Below the pieces are notes generated by a model, which saw only the letters and a program-made list of their open reading frames with translations, made no database searches and had not been told where the DNA came from. Shown one piece after another: positions 51,765-63,837 of a DNA stretch of 64,000 nt; position 1 is the stretch's first letter, and every line of letters starts with the position of its first letter. Source of the DNA: Thermoanaerobaculia bacterium (GTDB lineage Bacteria; Acidobacteriota; Thermoanaerobaculia; Multivoradales; UBA5704); assembly GCA_044866775.1 (NCBI GenBank), contig JBIOUG010000174.1:951-64950 (forward strand), written 5' to 3'. The translations under genes were made by a program, and so were the position numbers.

Positions 51765-52853
51765 TCACGGCGTGGCGAGGATCACATCGGCGATGCGGTC
51801 CACCGTCGGTCCGAGGAAGTTGTCGTTCCGGTTGGTGAGCATGATGATCGTGAGCCGCTCGTCCGGGTATCGGGCCAGGTAGGTGCTGAACCCGATGGTC
51901 TCGCCGTAGTGCCAGATCTTGCGCGCCCCCCTGTGCGAAGCCACGTACCAGCCGTAGCCGTAGCCGTAGCCGCTGCCGGGCTGGTCCGATGTGGGCATGC
52001 CCGCCTGGAAGGCCATCGCCAGGGTCTTGGCCGGCAGGAGGCGCGCGCCGTGCAGAGCCTGGTCCCAGCGCCACAGGTCCTCGACCGACGAGTAGATGCC
52101 GCCGTCCCCCAGGACCGAGCTGGTGAGGCTCTGGTCGGTGCGCTCGAAACGGCCGTCCTTCTCGCTGTACCCGTAGGCCCGGCGCGCCACCTCGGAGATG
52201 CCCTTCTCGTAGGCCACGGTGCCGGCCATACCCAGTGGGTCGAAGACATTCTCCTTCAGGAACCGGGCGAACGACCGGCCGGAGACCTTCTCCACGATCA
52301 GGGCCAGCAGGGCGTAGCCCGTGTTGCTGTAGCGGAACTGGCTGCCCGGCGCAAAGTAGAGCTTGTCCTGCTTGCCAACCAGGTCGAGCACGTCCTTGTC
52401 CTTGACCGGCACGGTGGTGCTGGGCGGGATGAGGTCCTCGTAGTCGAGGAGCCCCGACGTGTGCCCGAGCAGGTGGCGCACCTTGACCCCGTATGCGGCC
52501 TTGGCGAAGCCGGAGAAGAAGCGGGTCAGTGGATCGTCGAGCGACAGCTCTCCTCGCTCGGCCAGGAGGAGCACGGCCATGGAGGTGAACTGCTTGGTGA
52601 CCGAGGCCAGCCGGAAGTTGGTGGCCGTGGTGATGGGCGTCTTTTCCTCGAGGTTGGCCAGGCCGAACGCCTTGCGGTAGAGGACCTTCCCGCTCTGCGC
52701 CACGAGCACGCTGGCGCCCGGCGCGCCGGCGCGGCCGTAGTCCTTCAGGATCGCGTCGAGCTGGGCAGGAACCGTGGAAGCAGCGGCGCCCGTCGCGAAG
52801 AGGAGGATTATGAAAACACCGGCAGCGCTGGAGTGATTTAGGCTGGAGGCGAC
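51765..52853 (-). CDS. Serine hydrolase, class C beta-lactamase/PBP-like family (start codon unresolved)
   Basis: SVTKQFT (SxxK) and YSNTGY (YxN). The ORF-track N-terminus (to 52979) runs through two tRNA genes and is not credible. 52853 is only the upper bound just downstream of tRNA-Cys. Confidence 0.8.
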   Translation of the reverse strand, partial: VASSLNHSSAAGVFIILLFATGAAASTVPAQLDAILKDYGRAGAPGASVLVAQSGKVLYRKAFGLANLEEKTPITTATNFRLASVTKQFTSMAVLLLAERGELSLDDPLTRFFSGFAKAAYGVKVRHLLGHTSGLLDYEDLIPPSTTVPVKDKDVLDLVGKQDKLYFAPGSQFRYSNTGYALLALIVEKVSGRSFARFLKENVFDPLGMAGTVAYEKGISEVARRAYGYSEKDGRFERTDQSLTSSVLGDGGIYSSVEDLWRWDQALHGARLLPAKTLAMAFQAGMPTSDQPGSGYGYGYGWYVASHRGARKIWHYGETIGFSTYLARYPDERLTIIMLTNRNDNFLGPTVDRIADVILATP

Positions 52854-52928
52854 GGGCGGATTCGAACCGCCGTATAAGGGTTTTGCAGACCCTCGCCTTA
52901 CCACTTGGCTACGTCGCCTGAAGGGAGT
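52854..52928 (-). tRNA. tRNA-Cys (GCA)
   Basis: Manual fold of ggcgacgtagccaagtggtaaggcgagggtCTGCAAAaccct...ggcggttcgaatccgcccgtcgcctcca: 7-bp acceptor, anticodon loop ctGCAaa, TPsiC loop ttcgaat, encoded CCA. Confidence 0.9.
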
Positions 52929-52944
52929 GAGATCTGGAGCGGGA

Positions 52945-53019
52945 AACGGGACTTGAACCCGCGACCCCAACCTTGGCAAGGTTGTGCTCTACCACTGAGC
53001 TATTCCCGCTCACTCGGGA
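52945..53019 (-). tRNA. tRNA-Gly (GCC)
   Basis: gcgggaatagctcagtggtagagcacaaccTTGCCAAggttggggtcgcgggttcaagtcccgtttcccgctcca. Canonical arms, anticodon GCC, encoded CCA. Confidence 0.9.
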
Positions 53020-53117
53020 GCGGGAAGGATACCGGCGCCCCCGGGGGCTGTCAAGGAAGCGGCGGAGGGCCGAGACAAGCTCCGCCCGTACAAGGGGTTG
53101 GAGAATCCCGACGATTC

Positions 53118-53510
53118 CTAGCCCTCGACGGAGAACGCGTCGCGGACCAGTGTGTATTCCCAGCCGGCGGCGGTCCACTCGAGCCCCAGGACGTCGAAGC
53201 GGCAGGCACCCGAGAGTCCCGAAAGCGCCAGGTGGAGGGAGGCCGCCCGCGCGAGCCGGCGGCGCTTTGCCGGGGTGACCGCCGCCAGCGCCGGGCCGAA
53301 GTCCTGGCGGCCGCGCGCCTTGATCTCGACGAAGCAGAGGATCGCGCCCTCGCGCGCCACGACGTCGATCTCGCCGCCCCGGTTCACCACGTTGCGTTCG
53401 AGGACGCGGTAGCCCTGGCGCTCCAGCCACTTCACGGCCGCCTCCTCGCCGGCCCTCCCCTTCCCCCGCGTGTGGGGCTGCCCGTGGAAGTCGCGAGACC
53501 CGATCGCCAT
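53118..53510 (-). CDS. YraN family (UPF0102) endonuclease-like protein
   Basis: GEEAAVKWLERQGYRVLERNVVNRGGEIDVVA...FVEIKAR is typical of the YraN family. Confidence 0.85.
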   Translation of the reverse strand: MAIGSRDFHGQPHTRGKGRAGEEAAVKWLERQGYRVLERNVVNRGGEIDVVAREGAILCFVEIKARGRQDFGPALAAVTPAKRRRLARAASLHLALSGLSGACRFDVLGLEWTAAGWEYTLVRDAFSVEG

Positions 53511-53560
53511 GCCGCTCCAGCCCCTCTCTCCACCCAGATCCTTTTCTTCTGTTGGCCTTC

Positions 53561-54996
<1,436 letters not shown>

Positions 54997-55000
<4 letters not shown>

Positions 55001-55566
55001 TGGCGGACCTGCGCCGTGCCGGCGACCCAGGTGACGCCGGCGAGCGGCGTGCCGTCGGGCGCCACGGCGCTCGGCGCGACGAAGGTGAAGCTGCCGCTGC
55101 CGGCGGCGCGGGCGGTGAACTGGAGCGTCAGCAGCGTCCCCGAGCCGCTCATGCCGGCGACGGCGCCGAGGCGCGTTAAACCGACGACCAGGTTCCCCGC
55201 CGGGTTCTCGACCGCCTGCAGCGAGGTGGTGAAGGCGCCGCCGGCCGAGAGCGCCGATCCCTGCGTGACGCCGTCGTAGCGCAGGACGGTCTCGGGATAG
55301 CGGAGGTCGAAGGACATGCCGTAGAGGTTCTGCACTGCGCTCGCGCGCAGCTCGAGGACGAGCACCGTCGTGCTGCCGCCGGCGCCGGTCGCGAGAGCGA
55401 CGCTGTTCTGCCCCGCGGTGCCGGACTGCGTGAAGGTGATGCCCGGCTGCGGCGGCGGTGGCGGCGGCTGAGTCGGCCCGCCGCCGCCCCCCCCGCCACC
55501 GCAGCCGGAGCCGGAGCCGAGGGCGATGCCGGCGACGGCGAGCAGCGACGCGAGGTGCCGTCTCAC
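54997..55566 (-). CDS. Lipoprotein with Gly/Pro-rich linker and cohesin-like beta domain
   Basis: GTG start at 55566 overlapping the def stop (GTGA). Lipobox LGSGSGC. LELRASAVQNLYGMSFDLRYPETVLRYDGV resembles cohesin-type domains. The longer 55806 start was rejected. Confidence 0.6.
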
Positions 55567-56081
55567 GCCACCACCTCGTGCGTCTCGGCGAGCTTGCGGA
55601 GCTGCCGCTTCACCCGCTCTTTGCGTAGGCCGCGCAGGCGGTCGACGAAGAGGATGCCGTCGAGGTGATCGACCTCGTGGCAGACGGCGCGCGCCAGCCA
55701 CTCCTCGGCCGCGAACTCGAGCGGCTGCCCCCGGAGGTCGAGCGCCCGCACCCGGATGCGCCGTGGCCGCTCCACCTTCTCGGTCAGTCCCGGCAGCGAG
55801 AGACACCCCTCGACCTCGACCTCGCTCCCCTCGGGCGCCAGCACCTCGGGGTTGACCAGGACCTTGAGCTCCTCGGGCTCCTTCCCCACCGACAGGTCGA
55901 CGACCGCGAGCCGCAGCGTCACGCCGACCTGCGGCGCCGCCAGCCCCACCCCCGGCGCGGCGTGCATAGTCTCCACCATGTCGCCGGCCAGACGCTGCAG
56001 CGCCGGGCCGAAGTCGGTCACCGGAGGGCAGAGCTGGCGCAAGACCGGGTCGGGATAGATGCGGATCGGCAGGATGGCCAT
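55563..56081 (-). CDS. def: Peptide deformylase
   Basis: EGCLSLPG and HEVDHLDG motifs. Confidence 0.95.
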   Translation of the reverse strand: MAILPIRIYPDPVLRQLCPPVTDFGPALQRLAGDMVETMHAAPGVGLAAPQVGVTLRLAVVDLSVGKEPEELKVLVNPEVLAPEGSEVEVEGCLSLPGLTEKVERPRRIRVRALDLRGQPLEFAAEEWLARAVCHEVDHLDGILFVDRLRGLRKERVKRQLRKLAETHEVVA

Positions 56082-56091
56082 GAATCGAGCG

Positions 56092-57012
56092 CTACCCGCC
56101 GCTCCTCAGCCGGCGCACCGCCACCCCCACGTCACGGTCGAGGTGCTGCTCGCGCAGCGCCTCGAGGAAGGCGCGCGGATCGGGGTTGCCGACCAGGTTC
56201 TGCTCCAGCCCCTCGCGGGTCAGCTTGAGGACGGTGGCCCCTTCGGCGACGCGGTAGGTCGCCGGCCAGGCGCCGTGCTCGAGCAGCGCGCCCTCGCCGA
56301 CGATGTCGCCGGAGGTGAAGCTGCGCACGTTGAGCGGCTTGTCTCCCTGGCCGTCGACCACGGCCTCGAGGACGCCGCGCACGATGAGCAGGAGCTGCGC
56401 CTCGCGGCTCCCCTCCTGCGCCACCGTCTCGCCCTCCTTGAGGCGCACCAGCTCCATCGTCGAGAGTAGGCGCTTGAGCTGCTCGGCCGAGAGGCGCTGC
56501 ACGAGGCGGCTGCCCGCGAGGTTGTGCCAGAGCCGCTGCAGCTCGACCGCCGAGGTCCCGGCCTGCTGGCCGCCGGCCTGGCGCAGCCCTTCGATCGCCA
56601 GCGCCCGCACCTGCTCCATGCTCTTCTCGCGCTGGTAGCGCTCGATCTTGAAACGGATCGAGGCGTCGAGCGGCGCCAGCTTCTGCGCCTTCGACAGCAG
56701 CGCGACACCCTTCTCGTAGAAGCCGTCCTGAGCGTACTCCTCGGCCACGAACGAGTACTCGTCGACCGCCTTGTCGTACTGCCTGAGCTGGGTGTAGACC
56801 TCGGCCAGCTTCAGGTGCGAGTGGAGGTCCTGCGGGTTGGTCTTGAGCTTCGCCCGCAGGCGCAGCTCCGCCTCCTCGTAACGCTCGAGGACGATCAGGT
56901 CGTCGATCGTGTACTCCTGCTGCGGCTGCTGCCCAGCCCCGCCGCCGCGGAACCAGCTCTTGAACGCCACGCTCAACGCCTCCCTCGGGAAGGGCCGCCC
57001 GGTGCGGCGCAT
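56092..57012 (-). CDS. TPR plus cyclic-nucleotide-binding-domain protein
   Basis: N-terminal TPR-like helices and a C-terminal cNMP-binding-like barrel (FTSGDIVGEGALL). The start is uncertain: ATG 57012 or GTG 56970. Confidence 0.7.
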   Translation of the reverse strand: MRRTGRPFPREALSVAFKSWFRGGGAGQQPQQEYTIDDLIVLERYEEAELRLRAKLKTNPQDLHSHLKLAEVYTQLRQYDKAVDEYSFVAEEYAQDGFYEKGVALLSKAQKLAPLDASIRFKIERYQREKSMEQVRALAIEGLRQAGGQQAGTSAVELQRLWHNLAGSRLVQRLSAEQLKRLLSTMELVRLKEGETVAQEGSREAQLLLIVRGVLEAVVDGQGDKPLNVRSFTSGDIVGEGALLEHGAWPATYRVAEGATVLKLTREGLEQNLVGNPDPRAFLEALREQHLDRDVGVAVRRLRSGG

Positions 57013-57221
57013 ACCCCGGCCCCCTGCGGCGCCGAGTGGACGCCGCCGACGTCTCTGGTGGACGCCGGGGCCGCCGCGGGGAGCGGCCATTATAGAGCCA
57101 AGTCGCCGCTAAAACTTGACGCGCCAAGCGTCTGGCGGCGCCGGCCGCCGCGCCGTCCCAGATGGCTCGGAAGTTGCTCTCCCGGGCCGGCGAGGTGTAC
57201 CGTCACCGACGGAGGTTCCCG

Positions 57222-59669
57222 ATGCGCACGCGTCCCCCCCGGTCGCTCCATGCCCTGCTGGTCGTGGCGGCGGCGCTCTGCCTCGCCGCGCCGGCGGCCG
57301 CCGATCACGACGACAGCTACGCCTACTTCCGGATCATCGAAGGGTCGGCGACGCTGACCCAGGCCGGCTCCGGCACGCAGGCCGCGGCCGAGATCAACCA
57401 GCCGCTGCTCGCCGGCGACCGCCTCTGGGTGCCGCGCAGCTCGCGGCTCGAGGTCGTGCTCTCCGACGGCAACCTGCTGCGGGTGGACGGCGACAGCGAG
57501 CTGCTCTTCGCGGGCCTCGCCGGCTCGCCCGAGAGCGACGACCGCGTCACCGTCGTGCGGCTCCTCGCAGGCGAGGTCCAGCTCGTGGTGCGCGACCGCG
57601 GCGGCGACCCGCCGCGGATCGACACGCCGAACGCCACCGTCTACGCCCAGGCCGAAGGCGTCTACCGCGTCGAGACGCAGACCGACGACTCGAGCCTGGT
57701 GGTGGTGCGGGAGGGCTACGCCGAGGTGGTGACCGAGCGCGGGTCAGTCGTGGTGCGCGACGACGAGGAGGCGTGGGTGCAGGGCGTGCGCGACGCCTAC
57801 GCCGAGGTGCAATCGGCGAGCGCGCGCGACGGCCTGGAGCGGTGGGCGGCGCGCCTCGACGACGAGGTGCGGGGCGACCGCTACGCCTACCTCGACGAGG
57901 ACCTGCGCTACGAAGGCTCGTCTCTCTCGCGCTACGGGAGCTGGGTCAACGTCGATCACTCCTGGGCCTGGCGGCCGCACGTCTCGATCGGCTGGCGGCC
58001 GTACTGGCAGGGCCGCTGGTCGCACACCCACCGCGGCGCGTTCTGGGTCTCCTACGAGCCGTGGGGATGGGTGCCCTACCACTACGGCACCTGGGACTAC
58101 CTCCCGAGCTACGGCTGGATCTGGTATCCCGGCCGCGCGTTCGCGCCGGCGTGGGTGTACTGGTACTGGGGGCCGAGCTATGTCGGCTGGTGCCCGGTGG
58201 GCTATTACACCCGCTGGTACGGTCACCACTACCCCGGCTTCCGCTTCGGCACCTACGGCTGGATCCACGGCGACTGGGGCCTGTACGGCCACTGGAACTT
58301 CGTGTCGCACGGCCACTTCGGCCGCCGCGACCTCCACCACTGGACCCGCAGCGGGCGCGACCTGCGCGACACCAGGCCGGGCGGCCCCGGCCGCGGCATC
58401 CTGACGACGGACACGCGCCAGCTCACGCCCGACGACTGGAGCGATCCGGGCCGCGCCCAGGAGGTGCTGGAGCGCCGGGTCGCGGTGCGCCGCAGCGACG
58501 GCGGCGGCCTGCCGGACGTGACGCCGTTCGTCGAGCGGCGCCAGGACCTGCCGCCGGAGGTGCGCACGCGCGTCGTCGCCGAGCGCCCGGAGGGGCCCGA
58601 CGGCAGCCCCTTGCGCCCGCTGACGCTCGGCCGCCCGCGTGATGACTCCGGCGAGCGCGGCGATGCCGGCCAGCGCCGGGTGATCTCGATCCAGCCGCGC
58701 GAGCCGCGCGGCGACGGCGAGGCCGGCGAAGGCTGGCGCGTGCGCGGCCGCACCGACAGCGGCGGCCCGCGCGTCGTCCCCTCTCGGCCCGACCGCACCG
58801 AGCCCGACGGCGACGCGAACGACGAAGGCTGGCGGGCCCGTGGCCGCTCCGACGACGACGACGGCGCCCACGCCATTCCCTCGCGCCCCAGCCGCCGCGA
58901 TCCGGACCCTGAGCCGCCGGCGGCCGACCGCGGCGACCAAGGGTCGAACGACCGCAGCGACGAGGGCCCGCGCGTGCGCGAGCGTGACGATCAGGGCGAC
59001 CGCGGCGACCAGGGCGACCGCGAGAGCGACGGCCCACGCGCTCTGCCGTCGCGCCCGAGCCAGCGCGACCCCGACCCTCCGTCCACCGACGGCGGCGACC
59101 AGGGCTGGCGCGTCCGCGGCCGCACCGACAGCGGCGCCGGCCCGCGCGTCCTCCCTTCGCGCCCCAGCCGCCCGCAGTCCGACGACGATGGCGACGACGC
59201 CTGGCGGGACCGCGGCCGCGGCAACAGCGGCATCCGCCCGGCCCCGCAAGTCGACCGCCGCCCGCCGGCCGACCGCTCGTACCGTTCGGTGACCCCGGAC
59301 CGCGGCAGCTCCGCCAACGACACGCCGCGACCGCGCTACCAAACCCAGCCGCGCTACGCGCCGCCGCCGTCGAGCGCCCCGCGCCCCGATCTCCGCCCGG
59401 CGCCCTCCCGCCCAACCTACTCGCGCCCGGAGGCCCGGCCCGCGCCGCCGCGCTCGACCTACCAGGCACCGCCGAGCGCACCCCGGCACGTCTCGCCGAG
59501 CCAGCCCCGCTACTCGCCGCCGTCGAGCTCCCCGCGGCAGATCTCGCCGCCGAGCCGCGGCTCCGGCTCCTCCGGCTCCTCCGGCCGCTCCGCCGCCCCC
59601 CGCTCCCGCTCCTCCGAGCGCTCCTCGCCACCACCCGAGCGCCGGAGCCGCGACCGCGGCGACGGCTAG
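57222..59669 (+). CDS. Secreted FecR-like domain protein with W/Y/G-rich repeat region and long low-complexity R/D/P/S C-terminus
   Basis: RBS ggagg plus ATG 57222, and a signal peptide. FecR-like segment (GDRLWVPRSSRLEVVLSDGNLLRVDGDSEL). WGWVPYHYGTWDYLPSYGWIWYPG region. Internal repeats GWRVRGRTDSG..PRV.PSRP. Confidence 0.7.
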   Translation: MRTRPPRSLHALLVVAAALCLAAPAAADHDDSYAYFRIIEGSATLTQAGSGTQAAAEINQPLLAGDRLWVPRSSRLEVVLSDGNLLRVDGDSELLFAGLAGSPESDDRVTVVRLLAGEVQLVVRDRGGDPPRIDTPNATVYAQAEGVYRVETQTDDSSLVVVREGYAEVVTERGSVVVRDDEEAWVQGVRDAYAEVQSASARDGLERWAARLDDEVRGDRYAYLDEDLRYEGSSLSRYGSWVNVDHSWAWRPHVSIGWRPYWQGRWSHTHRGAFWVSYEPWGWVPYHYGTWDYLPSYGWIWYPGRAFAPAWVYWYWGPSYVGWCPVGYYTRWYGHHYPGFRFGTYGWIHGDWGLYGHWNFVSHGHFGRRDLHHWTRSGRDLRDTRPGGPGRGILTTDTRQLTPDDWSDPGRAQEVLERRVAVRRSDGGGLPDVTPFVERRQDLPPEVRTRVVAERPEGPDGSPLRPLTLGRPRDDSGERGDAGQRRVISIQPREPRGDGEAGEGWRVRGRTDSGGPRVVPSRPDRTEPDGDANDEGWRARGRSDDDDGAHAIPSRPSRRDPDPEPPAADRGDQGSNDRSDEGPRVRERDDQGDRGDQGDRESDGPRALPSRPSQRDPDPPSTDGGDQGWRVRGRTDSGAGPRVLPSRPSRPQSDDDGDDAWRDRGRGNSGIRPAPQVDRRPPADRSYRSVTPDRGSSANDTPRPRYQTQPRYAPPPSSAPRPDLRPAPSRPTYSRPEARPAPPRSTYQAPPSAPRHVSPSQPRYSPPSSSPRQISPPSRGSGSSGSSGRSAAPRSRSSERSSPPPERRSRDRGDG

Positions 59670-59726
59670 CGGCGGCTGGGCGCAGCAAGGGGCCGCGAGA
59701 CCCCGTACAATCTCGCGGCCCCGCCC

Positions 59727-59981
59727 ATGCGCATCGAGATCCTCTTCCGCCTGTTGTTCATCTTCTATTGCGTCGAAGCCGGCCTGTTTCTCCTCCTCGC
59801 GCCGTGGAGCCCGCTCTGGGACCGCAACGTCCTGCTGATCCCCTTCGCCGCCCTGCGCGGCCTCGCCCTCCACCCAGCCAGCCGCGGCGCCGTGAGCGGC
59901 TTCGGCCTGATCCACCTCGTCTGGGGCGCCCACGACCTCGACGCCCTCTTGTCCCTGCGCCGGTCCCGTGGCCCCTCCTGA
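59727..59981 (+). CDS. Hypothetical small membrane protein (84 aa)
   Basis: Two hydrophobic helices (LLFIFYCVEAGLFLLLAPW; GFGLIHLVWGA). No motif was recognised. Confidence 0.45.
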   Translation: MRIEILFRLLFIFYCVEAGLFLLLAPWSPLWDRNVLLIPFAALRGLALHPASRGAVSGFGLIHLVWGAHDLDALLSLRRSRGPS

Positions 59982-60630
59982 GCCACGGCCCCACCGCCCC
60001 CGCCCCGGCTTCGCCCTCCTCGCCATCACCGACCGCCGCGCCTGGGGCGACGCCTGGGAGGAGGAGCTGCCGCGCTGGCTCCGCGCCCTCGGCGAAGCCG
60101 GCGTCGACGCCCTCCAGCTCCGCGAGAAGGACCTTCCCGACCGCGCCCTCTACGGCCTCGCCCGGCGCGCCCGCGCCGCGCTGCCGCCGCCGTGCCGCCT
60201 GCTGATCAACGGCCGCATCGACATCGCCCTCGCCACCGGCGCCGACGGCGCCCACCTGCCGGCCGACGGCGTGCCGCTCGCGCCGCTGCGGGCGCGCTTC
60301 GGCCCGGCGGTGCTCCTCGGCCGCTCGACGCACCGCGTCGAGGAGGTCGCGGCGGCGCGGCGCGAGGGCGCCGACTACGCGCTCTTCGGCCCGGTCTGGG
60401 AGACTCCCGGAAAGGGCGAGCCGCGCGGGCTCGAGGAGCTGCGGCGCGCGGCGGCGCTCGGGCTGCCCGTCTACGCGCTCGGAGGCATTACACTAGAGCG
60501 ACTCGCGGCGGTGGCGGAGGCGGGCGCGGCCGGGGCGGCCGGGATCCGGCTCTTCCTGCAGCCGGCGGCGCTGGCCGCGGTCGTCGCGGCCGGCCGGCGC
60601 CTCTTCCCGGCGCGCCAGGAGGAAGCTTGA
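59968..60630 (+). CDS. thiE: Thiamine-phosphate synthase
   Basis: LQLREKDL, INGRIDIALATGADGAHL, FGPVWETPGK and YALGGI. The GTG start is uncertain. Confidence 0.85.
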   Translation: MAPPEPRPHRPRPGFALLAITDRRAWGDAWEEELPRWLRALGEAGVDALQLREKDLPDRALYGLARRARAALPPPCRLLINGRIDIALATGADGAHLPADGVPLAPLRARFGPAVLLGRSTHRVEEVAAARREGADYALFGPVWETPGKGEPRGLEELRRAAALGLPVYALGGITLERLAAVAEAGAAGAAGIRLFLQPAALAAVVAAGRRLFPARQEEA

Positions 60631-61163
60631 ACGGACAGACGTTGACCGGCAGCGCCACCGCGGCCGCCGCCGCGCTCTCCGGCACGGACAAGTTCCGCTA
60701 CCTGCTGGTGTCGCTGGTGGTGCTGGTCGCCGACCAGTGGACCAAGTGGCTGGTCGAGCTGCACCTGCCCCACCACACCGCCCACCCCATCGTGCCGGGC
60801 TTCGTCAACCTCACCCACATCCGCAACAACGGCGTCGCCTTCGGCCTCTTCGCGCGCGACGGCGGCGGCAATCCCTGGCTGCTGACGATCCTGGGCATCG
60901 TGGCGCTCGCCGCCGTGCTCGCCTACTTCTGGCTCGCCTCCTCGCGCGACCGCCTGCTGCTCGTGGCGCTGGCGCTCGTCGTCGGCGGCGCCCTCGGCAA
61001 CCTCATCGACCGCGTGGCGAGCGGCGCGGTCACCGATTTCATCGACGTCTACGTCCGCAACCACCACTGGCCGGCCTTCAACGTCGCCGACAGCGCGATC
61101 TCCGTCGGCATCGTGCTCATGGCCTTCGACAGCCTGCGGAGCGGGCGCAAGCCGAAGCCCTGA
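60627..61163 (+). CDS. lspA: Lipoprotein signal peptidase (signal peptidase II)
   Basis: DQWTKW, NNGVAFG, GNLIDR and FNVADSAI. The TTG start overlaps the thiE stop (TTGA). A later start is possible. Confidence 0.9.
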   Translation: MNGQTLTGSATAAAAALSGTDKFRYLLVSLVVLVADQWTKWLVELHLPHHTAHPIVPGFVNLTHIRNNGVAFGLFARDGGGNPWLLTILGIVALAAVLAYFWLASSRDRLLLVALALVVGGALGNLIDRVASGAVTDFIDVYVRNHHWPAFNVADSAISVGIVLMAFDSLRSGRKPKP

Positions 61164-62129
61164 CCGGCGAAGGGGGCCTGCCCCCCGCCTCGACCTTCTC
61201 CTGGGCCGTCCCCGACGAGGCCGCCGGCGAGCGTCTGGACCGCCACCTCGCCGCGCGCCTCGAGCGCCCGCGCAACCAGGTGCAGCGCTGGATCGAGAGC
61301 GGCCTGGTGCGCCTCAACGGCGCGCCGGCCAAGCCGTCGTCGCCGGTGGCCGCCGGCGACCGTGTCGAGTGCGCGCCGCCGCCGCCCGCCGACGACCGGA
61401 TCGTCCCCGAGCCGGCCCCCCTCCACATCCTGCACGAGGACCCGTACCTGATCGTCCTCGACAAGCCCCCCGGCCTCACCGTCCACCCCGGCGCCGGCCG
61501 CCCCACCGGCACTCTCGCCCACCACCTCCTCGCCCGCTATCCCGAGATGGCCGGCGTCGGCGGCCGCGGCCGCCCCGGCATCGTCCACCGCCTCGACAAG
61601 GACACGAGCGGCGTCCTGGTCGTCGCCCGCACTCCCGCCGCCTACGAGCGCCTCGCCCGCGCCTTCGCCGAGCGCGAAGTCGACAAGCGCTACCTCGCCA
61701 TCGTCTACGGCACGCCGTCCCCCCCCGCCGGCCGCATCGAGGCACCCATCGGCCGCCACCCGACGCGCCGCAAGGAGATGACCGTCCACCGCCGCGGCCG
61801 CCCCGCCGCCACCGCCTACCGCACCCTCGCCGCCGCCTCCGGCATCGCCCTTCTCGAGCTCCGCCTGGAAACCGGCCGCACCCACCAGATCCGCGTCCAC
61901 CTCAAATCCCTCGGCCACCCGCTCGTCGGCGATCCGACCTACGGCGAGGCGCGCTGGAACGCCCTCCCACCCCCCATCCGCCCACCCCTTCAGCACTTCC
62001 CCCGCCCCGCCCTCCACGCTTGGCGCCTCGCCTTCGCCCACCCGATCACCGGCGCGCCTCTCGCCTTCGAGGCTCCAGTCCCCGACGACCTACGCGACCT
62101 TTGGCAGGAGGTGAGCGGACTGGCCTTGC

Positions 62130-62146
<17 letters not shown>
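61160..62146 (+). CDS. RluA/RluD-family 23S rRNA pseudouridine synthase (start codon unresolved)
   Basis: S4-like N-terminus ([12 protein letters not shown]...VRLNG), [14 protein letters not shown] and GRTHQIRVH. There is no ATG/GTG/TTG in frame between the lspA end and the S4 domain; 61160 is a CTG. Confidence 0.8.
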
Positions 62147-63239
<1,093 letters not shown>

Positions 63240-63240
63240 G

Positions 63241-63663
63241 TTATGACCCTTCCCCCTCGGCGTGCCCGTCGTCGACCTGCGGGCTCATCTCGACCTGGCC
63301 CTTGAAGAACGCGCCCTCGGCGATGACGATCCGCGGCGCCGCGATGTCGCCCTCGACCGCGCCCGAGGGGAGCAGCTCCACCCGCTCGGCCGCCTCGACC
63401 CGGCCGGTCACGCGGCCGCCCACCCGCACGGTGCGGCCGCGCACCGGACCGACCACCTCGCCCTCGGCGCCGACGACGACCGTGGCGTCGACCCGCACCT
63501 CGCCCTCCACCCGGCCGTCGATCAGCAGCTCGGTCGTCCCCGAGAGCTCGCCGCGCACGAGCGACCCGGGCGCGATGCGGGTGGCCCGTGCCCGCTCGCC
63601 CGCGGCGCCGCCCGCCGCCTCGGCGGCGCCGGACGACGTGCGGCTATCTGGGCGCCGGAACAT
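63241..63663 (-). CDS. Bactofilin family cytoskeletal protein
   Basis: Repetitive beta-helix pattern (G.V.G.V....V.V...G.V.G.I) with a disordered N-terminus. Confidence 0.85.
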   Translation of the reverse strand: MFRRPDSRTSSGAAEAAGGAAGERARATRIAPGSLVRGELSGTTELLIDGRVEGEVRVDATVVVGAEGEVVGPVRGRTVRVGGRVTGRVEAAERVELLPSGAVEGDIAAPRIVIAEGAFFKGQVEMSPQVDDGHAEGEGS

Positions 63664-63682
63664 CGAATGGGTGGCGGTGTGA

Positions 63683-63758
63683 TGGAGCGGGCAACGGGAC
63701 TCGAACCCGCGACATCAAGCTTGGGAAGCTTGCACTCTACCAGCTGAGTTATGCCCGC
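63683..63758 (-). tRNA. tRNA-Gly (CCC)
   Basis: gcgggcataactcagctggtagagtgcaagcTTCCCAAgcttgatgtcgcgggttcgagtcccgttgcccgctcca. Canonical arms, anticodon CCC, encoded CCA. Confidence 0.9.
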
Positions 63759-63837
63759 TCGAAGATCTCAAGCCGACCGAATGTAGCGGAGGGCGGCAAG
63801 GCGGTCAAGGGGCGCGAGGCCGCGCTATACTCCGCGC

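Noticed and set aside
52854-52979. N-terminal 42-aa extension of the serine-hydrolase ORF (ORF-track start 52979).
   Set aside because: This stretch is the reverse-strand sequence of tRNA-Cys and part of tRNA-Gly. The open frame is coincidental.
55567-55806. Longer N-terminus (269 aa) for the cohesin-like lipoprotein gene.
   Set aside because: The extension lies inside the def coding region in another frame and is Arg/Pro/Gly-rich. The GTG at 55566, with a lipoprotein signal peptide immediately after it and a GTGA overlap with the def stop, is the better model.
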